Shown here in pieces: positions 14,542 to 24,290 of a stretch of 64,000 nucleotides of DNA. Source of the stretch: Flavobacteriales bacterium (lineage in GTDB: Bacteria; Bacteroidota; Bacteroidia; Flavobacteriales_F; PHOS-HE28). A model generated the notes under the pieces. The model made no database searches and was not told where the DNA came from. It worked only from the letters and a program-made list of their open reading frames with translations. The stretch lies in contig JASGIM010000001.1 in the NCBI GenBank assembly GCA_047601855.1, positions 2,820 through 66,819 on the forward strand. The letters are read 5' to 3'. The number at the start of each line of letters is the position of its first letter. Positions within the stretch are counted from its first letter, which is position 1. A program made the position numbers and the translations under genes.

Positions 14542-16405
14542 CGTACAAGTGTAATGTGGCCGGCTTGCTTCTTCTCGCTGGCATCGTTCGGTGTGACCAC
14601 ATAGTAATATGTCCCCTCCGGCACCTCTTTCCCCGCGGCGCGGCCATCCCAGCCAGCGGCCAATGCCGTAGTGCTGAAGATCGAGCTGTCCCCAGCGGTT
14701 GTAGATCTCCAGCAGCCCGGCCACGCCGTTGTGGTCCAACGGAGTGAATCGATCGTTCTCCCCATCGCCGTTCGGGCTGAATACGTTGGGCATCTCGATC
14801 TCGCCGTGGCGGGTGATGGTCACCACGGAGCGCACCGTGTCCACACAGCCGTTCGCGCCGGTCACCACCAGCACCACTGGGTAGCTGCCGAGTTCAGCAG
14901 GGAAGGTGGCGATGAGCGATGTGCCCGTCGCCGTTGATGGACTCCGCCGCACCGAGGTCCCACCACCACGACACGATGTCGCCTGCCGAACCCCTGCCGG
15001 AAAGGGCCACTTGGAGATCTTCGGCATCGGCGGGGTCGGGTGTGGCCGTGATGCGCCCTGTCACCCCCGGAAGCACGGTCACCGCGTTCGCGACCAGGGT
15101 ATCCCGCTCGCAACCGGCCCCACTGCGCACGGTAAGATGCACATCATAGGTGCCGGGCACGGTGTAGGTGTGGGTGAGCGCATGGTCCGTACTTGTTGTG
15201 CCGTCGCCGAGGTCCCAGCTCACCGTGGAGCCGTCCCCGGTGTTGCTCGCGAACGCCACCGTGAGCGGCGCACACCCGGTGGAAGGCATCACCACCGGCA
15301 TCGGCACCGCCGGTGGTGGCACATAAGCCGCACCCATCAGGCACTGCCCGTTGTAGGTGCTGGCCATGGTGTAGAGCCCTCCCCCCAGGCCGCCAGCGGA
15401 AACATCCAAGGTGGTACCGGTCTGCTCCGGCAGCGCCACGCCATCGTGGTACCACTGGTAACCAGTGGCCCCGGCAGGCGGCTGCGCCACGGCCCGTGCA
15501 TTCCCCTCGCAAATGGCCCCCGAAGCAATGACGGGGCTGAGCACCTGGTCCCCGGCTTCGGTCAACATCAGGTCGTCAATCAGGAAATAGGGATACATCT
15601 CCTTCCAGCCCCAAGCGGTCAGGATCGGCGTGGGCGCGAAGGACGACGGCGCATCGCAGGCGCTGCCGATAATCACGCTGTGGATGTCCTGCGTGGGCCT
15701 GAAGGTGATGGAGACCCGCACCCAGTCCCATGCGGGCTGCACCATCACCCGCCCCAATTCGTTCCAGCCCGGCTGGTATCCGATGCAGTCGGAGGTCCCG
15801 ATCGGGAAGGCCTGGCAGGCATCAGCATAGCCGAAGATGGCCAGTGGCAGCGGGTCGGGGAAAAGGTGCAAGGAACGGCCCTCCTCGTACGTCTGGGCGA
15901 TGTGGTTATCGCTGGCCGCGCCTGCGATCCACAGCGAAAGCGTATAGGTGGTGCCCGCTTGCAGGATGTTGGCCGGTGGAGGATAGGTGAGGCAAGTACC
16001 GACATATTCCTGCCAAGGGAACCCCGGAACGACCTGAAAGGCCGCCGCCCCTTGTCCGTCCGGCGGTGGCATGGGCGTGCCTGCGGGCGCGAACCCACAG
16101 GTGTGCAGGTAATCTGAAGTGGCGGCCGTGGCCTGCTGCCATCCCATTGCACAACTTAAATAAGGAATAGCGGCACCCAAGACCGGCCCGAACGGGCAGC
16201 ACATCCGCTCCTCGAAGGAATGGTTGCGGATGAAACTCTGCTGACCGGGGGCCATCAGCACCGTGGAACACGGACAATCTGGATCGTTCAGGTCGATCAA
16301 CCCGTCACCGTCATCATCAATGCCATTGTTGCAGATCTCTTGCGCGGGAACCGCTGAACACCATGCGGACAGGACAAGGGTGGATGCCCAATGCAACTTC
16401 TTCAT
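14538..16405 (-). CDS. Paralogous T9SS cargo protein (signal peptide, Cys-rich DDDGDG motif, PKD domain, type-B C-terminal sorting domain). Two apparent 1-nt insertions near 14925 and 14683.
   Basis: Starts MKKLHWASTLVLSAWCSAVPAQEICNNGIDDDGDGLIDLNDPDCPC. PKD segment SWDLGDGTTSTDHALTHTYTVPGTYDVHLTV. The C-terminus is split across three frames: ...WDLGAAESINGDG | TSLIATFPAELGSYP...EIYNRWGQL | IFSTTALAAGWDGRAAGKEVPEGTYYYVVTP...HITLVR*. The stop overlaps the downstream start of the paralog (ATGA). Confidence 0.75.
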
Positions 16406-16570
16406 GCGTTATCCAACGGATAGTGTGGTGACCTGACGGCTTTTCCGGCCAGTGTCCCACTTCCCACAGGTCTTGCCTTCCGCTCATGGCCCTACGCTCC
16501 AAACCTACGTCGCCGATCCTTCAGGTCAAAGGAGCCGCTCAGGGCCCATCGCAGCATGGCCGGATCCCGC

Positions 16571-17716
16571 TCACCCCTTGAGCACCTCCCGGCTGATGAC
16601 CAGCTTTTGGATCTCGCTGGTGCCCTCGCCGATGGTGCAGAGCTTGCTGTCGCGGTAGAACTTTTCCACCGGGAAATCCTTGGTGTAGCCGTAGCCGCCG
16701 AAGATCTGTACCGCCTCGTTGCTGGCCCATACGCACACCTCGCTGGCGTAGTACTTGGCCATGGCGCTTTCCTTGGTCATCTTCTGGTGGCGGTTCTTCC
16801 GATCAGCGGCCTGGAGGGTGAGCAATTCCGCGGCGTCGATGCGCGTGGCCATGTCGGCCAGCTTGAATGCGATGGCCTGGAAGTTGGCGATGGGCTGGCC
16901 GAACTGCTGGCGCTCCTTGGCGTACTTCACACTGGCGTCATAGGCACCCTTGGCGATGCCCAGGCTCAGCGCGGCAATGCTGATGCGGCCGCCGTCCAGC
17001 ACCTTCATGGCCTGCTGGAAACCCTCCCCGACCTGGCCGAGGATGTTGGCCTCCGGCACGCGGCAATCCTCGAAGATCACCTCGGCCGTTTCGCTGCTGC
17101 GCATGCCCAGCTTGTTCTCCTTCTTGCCGGCCTTCAGGCCCGGGGTGCCGCGCTCGATCACGAAGGCGGTCATGCCCTTGCTGTCCAGCAGCTCGCCGGT
17201 GCGCGCGATGGCCACCACCACGTCGCTGCTGATGCCGTGCGTGATCCAGCACTTGGTGCCGTTGAGCACCCATTCATTGCCGTCCTTCCTGGCCGTGCAT
17301 TTCATGCGCATGGCATCGCTGCCTGTGTTGGGCTCGGTGAGGGCCCACGCGCCCAGCCATTGGCCGCTGGCCAGCTTGGGCAGCCATTCCTTCTTTTGTT
17401 CGTGGCTGCCGAACTGCAGGATGTGCCCCGTACACAGTGAATTGTGCGCCGCCACGCTGAGACCGATGCTGCCGCACACGCGGGCCACTTCCACGATGGT
17501 GCTCACGTATTCCAGGTAGCCCAGACCAGCACCGCCATACTCCTCCGGCACCAGCACGCCCAGCATGCCTGCGGGGCCAAGGTGCTGCTTGAAGAGGCCG
17601 ATCGGCATGTGCTGCCGTTCGTCCCAATCCATCAGGTACGGGCGGATCTCCTTTTCGGCCAGGTCGCGCACAGCCTGGGTGATCATCTGTTGGTTCTCGG
17701 TCCGGTTGAATTCCAT
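16571..17716 (-). CDS. Acyl-CoA dehydrogenase
   Basis: 381 aa, full-length ACAD fold. ...[36 protein letters not shown]... and C-terminal [24 protein letters not shown]. Confidence 0.9.
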   Translation of the reverse strand: MEFNRTENQQMITQAVRDLAEKEIRPYLMDWDERQHMPIGLFKQHLGPAGMLGVLVPEEYGGAGLGYLEYVSTIVEVARVCGSIGLSVAAHNSLCTGHILQFGSHEQKKEWLPKLASGQWLGAWALTEPNTGSDAMRMKCTARKDGNEWVLNGTKCWITHGISSDVVVAIARTGELLDSKGMTAFVIERGTPGLKAGKKENKLGMRSSETAEVIFEDCRVPEANILGQVGEGFQQAMKVLDGGRISIAALSLGIAKGAYDASVKYAKERQQFGQPIANFQAIAFKLADMATRIDAAELLTLQAADRKNRHQKMTKESAMAKYYASEVCVWASNEAVQIFGGYGYTKDFPVEKFYRDSKLCTIGEGTSEIQKLVISREVLKG

Positions 17717-17829
17717 GCGTGCAGGTAGGTGGCCCAGTGGATCAGGGCCGTGTTGTCAGGTCCCAACGCCGTTGGTAACGGGCGATGGAAGGCGCGCGAA
17801 ACTACTGAAAAGCCAAACCGGCCGGGCCC

Positions 17830-18729
17830 CTACTCCACTGTGAGGTACGGGGCCAGCTTGCGGTAGATGCTGTCCGTGACGAGCACACAGCCCTTGATGT
17901 CCTTCAGCTCGCGGAAGGGTCCGTGCATCTTCCGATAGGCCACCAGCGCCCTGGCCACCTTCCAGCCGGCATAGGGGTGCTGTCCCAGCTCCTCAGCCGT
18001 AAGGCTGTTCACCGGGAGGCGGCGCAGCATGAGCGTGTCGAGCAGCAGCTCTTCCTTGAGGCGGGCAACGGCATCGGGCTTATCACGGAGAATGTGGACC
18101 TCCCCCAATTGGTCCAGGCTGCGGAACCCGCCCAAGCGGTCGCGATACTTCACGATGCCACGTGCGAAGGCCGGACCGATACCGCGCACCTGCACCAGGA
18201 GCGTGGTGTCCGCCGTGTTCACATCGATGCGGGCATGCGTGGAGCGCGGCGCCTCCTTCCCTTCCTCCCGCGGCCAGGCTTGCGTTCGCGGTGCGCCATC
18301 AGCAAAGTCCCCATGGCCCGCCCGCGGGAGGCTGTCCGGCAACTGGATGTAGGGCGCCCATCGCTCGTAGAGCGCCGGGTCCACCACCCGCATGCGGGCC
18401 ACGTCATGCTTGCTGCGGAACCGGCCGCCACCGGCCTCGTACCGCAGGATGGCCTCCGCCTGGCGCGGGCTCAGGCCCAAGGCCACCCACCGCTCTTTCG
18501 GCAGGCCGTTGGGATCGAAAGCGAACAGCTCCACCGATCGCGGCGCACGTGCGGGGTAATTGCCGACGCTGTCCGGCCGCTCCGCCTCCCACTGGAGCCA
18601 GGCCAGTTGCAACTGCGCCACGCGTTCGGGATGGCCCGGCCGCCACCATTGCTCGTAGATGACCCAGGCCGCCGCCAACAGGCAGGCGGCCAGCAATACG
18701 GCGAACCCACGGCGCTCACCCCGATGCAT
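17830..18729 (-). CDS. ComEA-like helix-hairpin-helix DNA-binding membrane protein (three HhH modules)
   Basis: N-terminal TM helix MHRGERRGFAVLLAACLLAAAWVIY. Repeats such as IDVNTADTTLLVQVRGIGPAFARGIVKYRDRLGGFRSLDQL. Start taken at the internal Met; the ORF extends to 18783. Confidence 0.75.
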   Translation of the reverse strand: MHRGERRGFAVLLAACLLAAAWVIYEQWWRPGHPERVAQLQLAWLQWEAERPDSVGNYPARAPRSVELFAFDPNGLPKERWVALGLSPRQAEAILRYEAGGGRFRSKHDVARMRVVDPALYERWAPYIQLPDSLPRAGHGDFADGAPRTQAWPREEGKEAPRSTHARIDVNTADTTLLVQVRGIGPAFARGIVKYRDRLGGFRSLDQLGEVHILRDKPDAVARLKEELLLDTLMLRRLPVNSLTAEELGQHPYAGWKVARALVAYRKMHGPFRELKDIKGCVLVTDSIYRKLAPYLTVE

Positions 18730-18869
18730 CACGAAGAGGTCTTTTAACCCCTCCTTCCAAGGCCGGGTGGGGCGGCTTTGCATGGGAGCTTGGATGGCGA
18801 ACGGGACATGAAGGCCCCGCCGATCCGGACCCCAAGGTAGATCAAGCGGACGCTGCCACGAACACCGGG

Positions 18870-19797
18870 CTATGCGTTGGCCGAAGCGGCCAGCTGGGCA
18901 CGCAGCACGCCCAGTCCTTCCTCGAACGTCCGGGGGGCGTACCCGAGCTCACGGCGGGCCTTGTCCAGGATGAAGCCAGTGCGCGGCGGCCGCTTCGCGG
19001 GCTGGGAAAGGCTGGCGGAAGTGATGGGCCGGATCCCGCTCGGGATCCAGATCGAAGAAGCGCGCGACCCGCTGCACCAGTTCAAGGATGCTCATGCCAT
19101 CCGGCCCGCTGAGGTGGAAGATGCCGATGGCCTTTCGCTTGGCGATCCGGATGCAGCCATCGGCCAGGTCCTCGGCGAGCGTGGGCATGCGCCATTGATC
19201 ATCCACCACATTGATAGGCTGCCCCTTCTCCAAAGCCCCTTTCACCCAAAGCACCACGTTGCTCCGGCTGAGCCCGGCGGCCACGCCATAGACGATGATG
19301 GTGCGGGCAATGGCCCAGCGTTCCAAGCCGCTGTCCATCACCACCCGCTCCGCATCGAGCTTGCTTTGGCCGTAGACGCTCAACGGGTCCGCAACATCCT
19401 CCTCCCGGTACGGCCCATGCTCGCCGTCGAAGATGAAGTCGGTGCTGAGGAGGATGAAGTGGCTGCCATGGCGCTTGGCCGCGTTCACCAGGATCTCCGT
19501 TGCCGTCACGTTCTGTAGCTGGCAGTTCACGGGATCCAGCTCGCAGGCATCCACGTTGGTCATGGCGGCGGTATGGATCACCACTTCCGGCCGGGTGGCA
19601 TCGAACACCTGGTCCACGTCCGCGGCCACCGTGGTGTCCAAGGACCGGTACCGCTCGTTCAAGGAATCGGGTGTGCGGTCCTCTCCCCGCGAGGTGGCGA
19701 TCAACCCGACCGCGGGGTCGTTCCGCAGGGCGGCCACAAGTTTCTGGCCCAGAAGGCCATTGCTGCCGGTGGTCAGAATACGAAGAAGGTCGGGCAT
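18870..19797 (-). CDS. rfbD: dTDP-4-dehydrorhamnose reductase-like NAD(P)-dependent sugar reductase (RfbD family). Apparent 1-nt insertion near 19037.
   Basis: N-terminus MPDLLRILTTGSNGLLGQKLVAAL...YGQSKLDAE... is in ORF 18949-19797. The C-terminus ...SGIRPITSASLSQPAKRPPRTGFILDKARRELGYAPRTFEEGL is in ORF 18870-19085. The junction is at GGATCCCGCTCGGGATCC (19028-19046). Confidence 0.75.
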
Positions 19798-19831
19798 GGG
19801 CCGCGAAACTAGACTAGGACCAGCGGAGCGG

Positions 19832-20065
19832 TCACAGTTCCCACACGGTGCTCCGCTTCGCGAAGGGCCGCTTGATGCGCTCCTTGTGGGCGAGCACGAA
19901 GGCCATCACCAAGTAGACCACGAGGTTGAGGCCCGCCGTGATGAAGCCCAGGTAGATGAAGCTGAGGCGCACCTGCTCGGTCTTGATGTTGAGCTTCCTG
20001 CCCCACCACGCGCACACGCCGAAAGCGTAGTGTTCGAAGAAGGTCTTGATGCGGGCGATCATCAT
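19832..20065 (-). CDS. PspC-domain small membrane protein
   Basis: 77 aa. MMIARIKTFFEHYAFGVCAWWGRKLNIKTEQVRLSFIYLGFITAGLNLVVYLVMAFVL matches the PspC domain pattern (...GVC.G...........RL.F.....). Confidence 0.6.
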   Translation of the reverse strand: MMIARIKTFFEHYAFGVCAWWGRKLNIKTEQVRLSFIYLGFITAGLNLVVYLVMAFVLAHKERIKRPFAKRSTVWEL

Positions 20066-20090
20066 TGTTCGCCGAAGCCCGGCGAAGGCG

Positions 20091-21470
20091 TTAACGCTTG
20101 AGGAGCTCGGTTCCGATGGTGCAAAATAAGCACTTGCGTTGGGCGCAGTAGGTGTTCTTCAGTTCGATCAAGGCCTGGCTGCGGCCGGCGGAGCGTGCCA
20201 CGAGCCCATGCCTGGCCCAACCTGCTGTAATGACGTTGTTCTCCGGCGGAAGTTGCTCGAGCAGGTGCAGGGCCCGGTCGGACAGCCGCTGATCCCCACG
20301 TATGCGGCCCATGGCGAAGAGGTAGGGCACGATGGTGTTGATGATGAGCCCGTCCGCGGCAGCGCGGCCGAACCGCTTCGCCACCGACCGTCCCGGATGA
20401 TCGAAGCGGTAATGGTCCGTCCAATAGCCCTCCGCACGCACGTCCAACCGGGTGCGTATGACGGCTGCATCATCCAGATCGGTCAAGGAAGCCGGATCGC
20501 CATCCAGCCGCGCCAGCAACCGCGCGAACTGCGCCAACCGGACCGTGGGAAAATTCGCGGGCCGCAAACGGCCGAACTTCCAAGCCGCCACGGGAACGGG
20601 CTCAAGGCCATGAAGGTGCCGTAAGATCTGATATTCGCGATAGAGCGCACGCGGGTAGGCCTCCGCATAGTCGCCGTGCAGGAACCCCGCCTGACCGAAG
20701 AGTAAGGCCTCCCTGCGGAACGGATCATCGCGGTATTTGAGCAGCACGCGCAAGGGGAGCGCACGGGCCAGCAGCGCGAACGGCTCCGCGTTCACCTTCG
20801 CGCCGAACCCACGCAGGAGCATGTGGTGGAACGTCCCGGCGGGATCATTGCCCAGTTGGCGGTACAAGGCCTCCACTTCGGTGGTCTTGCGTTCCAGGCG
20901 CTCCACCAGCACCCGCTCCAGCCAAAGCTCGGTCCGGGCAGGCTCCACGCGGCCCACCTGCGGAGCACACGGCACCCAGCTGCGCCCCTGCATCAGGGCC
21001 CGGTGGGCGGCCAGGCTTTGCGGATGCAGGCGCGAGCGCAGCTCCACCGTGGGTGGCACGAGGCCCTGCTCGGTCCGCACCTCGGAATCGTAGGCGTACA
21101 CCACGTGCAACACCACGTTGTTGTAGGCCGGATCGTGTTGATGGCCGTGCATGTTCCACTCGCTCGACCGGATATGCACCTCCACCTGCCCGGCCCAGAT
21201 CTGTCCATCGATCCGCAGCAACGCATCGTTCAGGTCGGGGCCGCTATGGCGTTGGATGCGGCCGGGGCGCAGCACCTCCACGGCGCGGCCATCGGTGGTG
21301 CGCAATCGCCGCGCATCGAACAGCCGCGATTCCCACAGGAACTGCAGCAGGTCCTCCCCATACGGAAGTTCCGGATCGAACAGGAGCGGCGTCCCCGCCG
21401 CCAACCCCGGAACGGGGCGGGAAGGCCAGTGGACCGGAACGAGCGTGGGTGCGGAATATCCTATGCGCAT
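20091..21470 (-). CDS. DUF2851-family protein; start uncertain
   Basis: Contains ...EDLLQFLWESRLFD...GRAVEVLRPGRIQRHSGPDLNDALLRIDGQIWAGQVEVHIRSSEWNMHGHQHDPAYNNVVLHVV, typical of Bacteroidota DUF2851 proteins. Confidence 0.65.
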   Translation of the reverse strand: MRIGYSAPTLVPVHWPSRPVPGLAAGTPLLFDPELPYGEDLLQFLWESRLFDARRLRTTDGRAVEVLRPGRIQRHSGPDLNDALLRIDGQIWAGQVEVHIRSSEWNMHGHQHDPAYNNVVLHVVYAYDSEVRTEQGLVPPTVELRSRLHPQSLAAHRALMQGRSWVPCAPQVGRVEPARTELWLERVLVERLERKTTEVEALYRQLGNDPAGTFHHMLLRGFGAKVNAEPFALLARALPLRVLLKYRDDPFRREALLFGQAGFLHGDYAEAYPRALYREYQILRHLHGLEPVPVAAWKFGRLRPANFPTVRLAQFARLLARLDGDPASLTDLDDAAVIRTRLDVRAEGYWTDHYRFDHPGRSVAKRFGRAAADGLIINTIVPYLFAMGRIRGDQRLSDRALHLLEQLPPENNVITAGWARHGLVARSAGRSQALIELKNTYCAQRKCLFCTIGTELLKR

Positions 21471-21512
21471 GATGCATTATCCGTCAAGTGAGCGACGGAC
21501 AATATAACACGC

Positions 21513-22703
21513 TCACATACCCGCCCGCAGGATGCTGCGCCTTGGGATGCCGTTGGCGCGCCCGAAATCACCGGCGACCAACAGGCCGCCCCTGGTATCC
21601 TCCGCCATGCAGCGCACCTGGCCGTCGAATTCCTCAATGGGCGGAAGGGCCGGATCCACGCGGCCATCCGGGCGGAAGGCCACCACCCGGTCGTAGACCT
21701 CACCGTTCGATAACCGCACGGTGCCACTGGCGATCACCGATGCGTCCTGCCTGGCGATCAAGCAGGCCACGTCCCCGTCGAACACCTGCTCCGCCTTGAA
21801 CGTCCGGACGACCCTTCCCGAGGCATCCAACCGCACGATGCCGTCGCAGGGCCCACCCGCGAACCACATGACGCGGCCACCCAGGAACGCGCCACCATCG
21901 GCCAGCGGCGCCAGGGCGATCACGGGGTCCGAGCATCCGCCACAAGGATCGAACGAAGAATCCAACGCCCCGTCGGGCAGCAGGCGGGCGATCCCTCCCC
22001 GCGGCGTCCCATCGAAGGAATGGAACCGCCCCGCGGCCAGGATCCGCCCATCGGGGCCTAACGCCAGCGCCCGCACACAGGCCTCCCCTTCCGCCACGTC
22101 CAGTTGGAAACCGCCCCCCGGCCGGAACGAAGCATCCAGTTGTCCGTCGGGCAGAAGGCGCGCGATGCGCCCCATCCGCTGCCCATTGATCCCGGTGAAA
22201 CTGCCGCCCACCAGTATGCGGCCGTCCGGCAGGAGCGCCAGCGCATAGAAATAGCCGAAGAACTCCGTACCGAACGCGAAGCTGCCGTCCACCCGACCAT
22301 CGGGCAGCAACCGGGTGATCGACGGTGTGCCTAATGCGCCCCAGCCCGCCACCAGCAGGCGGCCGTCCGGCTGCATAGCCAGGGCGAACACCGGCCCGCA
22401 GCAGTTCTCCTCCGGCTGGAACGAAAGGTCCAGCGAACCGTCCGGCGCCAACATCGCCACGCGGCAGCGAGGGACGCCATTGAACGCGGAGAAGGCGCCA
22501 CCGATCAGCACCCGGCCATCCGGGAGCGGAAGCAGGCAGCGCACACGGTCGTTCGCGCCACCGCGCGGGTCGAACGCGATGTCGATGCTTCCCGGCGAGA
22601 GGGACGGACGGCCGAGAACGAAGCGGGGCGGCCGGAGGCGCCGCAAGAAGCGGCGGATCGGATGATCCATGGGCGTAACGGTCTGGTGGAAGCACATGCG
22701 CAC
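21513..22703 (-). CDS. Delta-60 repeat-containing protein (beta-propeller-like tandem repeats)
   Basis: Six or more repeats of the form LLPDGR(I/V)L(V/I)GG(S)F(T).FNG..R..IARL..DGSLD.SF. No type IX C-terminal domain is recognisable. N-terminus unclear. Confidence 0.6.
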   Translation of the reverse strand: MRMCFHQTVTPMDHPIRRFLRRLRPPRFVLGRPSLSPGSIDIAFDPRGGANDRVRCLLPLPDGRVLIGGAFSAFNGVPRCRVAMLAPDGSLDLSFQPEENCCGPVFALAMQPDGRLLVAGWGALGTPSITRLLPDGRVDGSFAFGTEFFGYFYALALLPDGRILVGGSFTGINGQRMGRIARLLPDGQLDASFRPGGGFQLDVAEGEACVRALALGPDGRILAAGRFHSFDGTPRGGIARLLPDGALDSSFDPCGGCSDPVIALAPLADGGAFLGGRVMWFAGGPCDGIVRLDASGRVVRTFKAEQVFDGDVACLIARQDASVIASGTVRLSNGEVYDRVVAFRPDGRVDPALPPIEEFDGQVRCMAEDTRGGLLVAGDFGRANGIPRRSILRAGM

Positions 22704-22728
22704 TCAAATGAACGATCATAATCCCAAT

Positions 22729-22772
22729 GTTCCATACATACGTATTTTCATTCATCAACATCCGTATGGAAC
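22729..22772. promoter_or_regulatory. Perfect 9-bp inverted repeat GTTCCATAC-N26-GTATGGAAC in an AT-rich divergent intergenic region
   Basis: Lies between the start of the delta-60 gene (22703, minus) and a plus-strand HTH regulator ORF. It is the only AT-rich island in this part of the window. Internal ATACGTAT palindrome. Confidence 0.3.
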
Positions 22773-23027
22773 GAACCCCTCACCACGGTCATGAGGACCA
22801 GCCTCCGTGAGGCGCCGCCGCTCCGAGGGGTGAAAATGGAAGGATGAGCATACGTTGACAAACTCCCACATACATATATCTCATTAACCTGAACGAGTAT
22901 TCATCAAGCGCGAAGCATGCTTTTCGCTTGGCGCGTGCTCCCCGCGAAGTTTTGCGGTGTGGCGAAGAGCAAGACGAAGACGGCTGCCAAAGCGGCCGCA
23001 AGGGTACCGGAGATCCACGTGGGCGCG

Positions 23028-23399
23028 ATGCTTCGTGCCTACATCACGGGGAAGGGATTGAACCAGGCGGAGATCGCACGCCGTTCGTTCATGACACCGC
23101 AGACGCTCTCGGGCGTGTTCAAGCGCAGCACCGTGCAGCTGGAGACCTTGATCCGCCTGAGCCTGGCCATGGAGCATGATTTCCTGGCGGACATCAGCGC
23201 GCACACCATGGGCAGCCTCGCGAAACGAGCGGATGCCGGCGATCCTCCCGTGGTGTACCCGCAACGGCCTGGCCGGGCGCCGATCCGTTTCGTGATCGAG
23301 GCGGACCCGGACGACGAACGCACGCTGCGCCAAGTGGCGGAACTGCTGCGCGAGATCACCGTGGTGAGCGCGCAACCGGCGCCGGTCAAAGAGAGCTGA
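23028..23399 (+). CDS. Small XRE-family-like HTH transcriptional regulator (putative)
   Basis: MLRAYITGKGLNQAEIARRSFMTPQTLSGVFKRSTVQLETLIRLSLAME resembles an HTH_XRE domain. Only plus-strand ORF in this stretch. Its 3' end overlaps pyrF by 14 nt. The ORF could start at 22917. Confidence 0.45.
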   Translation: MLRAYITGKGLNQAEIARRSFMTPQTLSGVFKRSTVQLETLIRLSLAMEHDFLADISAHTMGSLAKRADAGDPPVVYPQRPGRAPIRFVIEADPDDERTLRQVAELLREITVVSAQPAPVKES

Positions 23400-24225
23400 T
23401 GACGTTGCGCGCCACGAGCGCCCTTTCCATCACGCGTTGGAGCGCCTGGGCGGCCACGTGGGCGGCCGGTATCGCGGCATCGCCCTTTCCGGCATAGAGG
23501 ATGCCCCGGCTGCTGTTGATGAGCAGCCCGCCTTCATCCGTCATCCCTTTCGCCAGCACCGCCTCCAGATCGCCGCCCTGCGCGCCCACGCCCGGCACCA
23601 GGAAGAAATGCCGCGGCGCCGCGGCCCGCGCCTGATCGAGCACTTCCGTGCGCGTGGCGCCCACCACGAACATCGTGTCGTCCACGGTACCCCACTCCAC
23701 CGTACGGCGCATCACGCGTTCAAAGAGCGGCTGGGCGCCGCCCTCCACCGTGAGGAACTGGAAGTCCATGGCGCCTTCGTTGCTGGTGACACCGAGCACG
23801 ATGGCCCATTTGCCGGGCCTTCCGAGGAAAGGTTCCACGCTGTCATGGCCCATGTAGGGCGCGATGGTGACGGCATCGAAGTCGAGGGCATCGAAGAACG
23901 CCTCGGCATACTTGCGGGCGGTGTTCCCGATGTCGCCGCGTTTCGCGTCGGCGATGATGAAGCAATCGCCCTTGCTGCGGATATAGGCCACGGTGCTCTC
24001 GAGGTCGCGCCAGCCGTCGGTGCCATTGGCCTCATAGAAGGCCAGGTTGAGCTTGTAGGCCACGGCCAGGTCGTGCGTGGCTTCGATGATGGCATGGTTG
24101 TAGGCGCGCACCGGGTCGCTTTCCGCGCGGAAATGCTCAGGCAACAGGTGTTCCTCGGTATCCAAGCCTACACAGAGCAGGCTGCGCTTGCGGCGGATGG
24201 CGGCGATGAGTTCGGATCGGGTCAT
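23386..24225 (-). CDS. pyrF: Orotidine 5'-phosphate decarboxylase
   Basis: MTRSELIAAIRRKRSLLCVGLDTEEHLLPEHF...DCFIIADAKRGDIGNTARKYAEAFF...; 279 aa type-2 OMP decarboxylase. The Arg-rich in-frame extension of ORF 23386-24933 is rejected. Confidence 0.85.
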   Translation of the reverse strand: MTRSELIAAIRRKRSLLCVGLDTEEHLLPEHFRAESDPVRAYNHAIIEATHDLAVAYKLNLAFYEANGTDGWRDLESTVAYIRSKGDCFIIADAKRGDIGNTARKYAEAFFDALDFDAVTIAPYMGHDSVEPFLGRPGKWAIVLGVTSNEGAMDFQFLTVEGGAQPLFERVMRRTVEWGTVDDTMFVVGATRTEVLDQARAAAPRHFFLVPGVGAQGGDLEAVLAKGMTDEGGLLINSSRGILYAGKGDAAIPAAHVAAQALQRVMERALVARNVISSL

Positions 24226-24290
24226 TGCGGCTACAAAGGTCCGAAGTGTTCGATGAACGATCGCTTTCGCACCTCGCGGAACGGACAGGC

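Noticed and set aside
12813-14690. Programmed ribosomal frameshift shared by the two tandem type-B cargo genes at the QL|IFST position
   Set aside because: The same kind of single-base change next to GATC also interrupts rpoB, rpoC and prfA, which cannot depend on frameshifting. A systematic sequencing error at GATC explains all of these sites at once.
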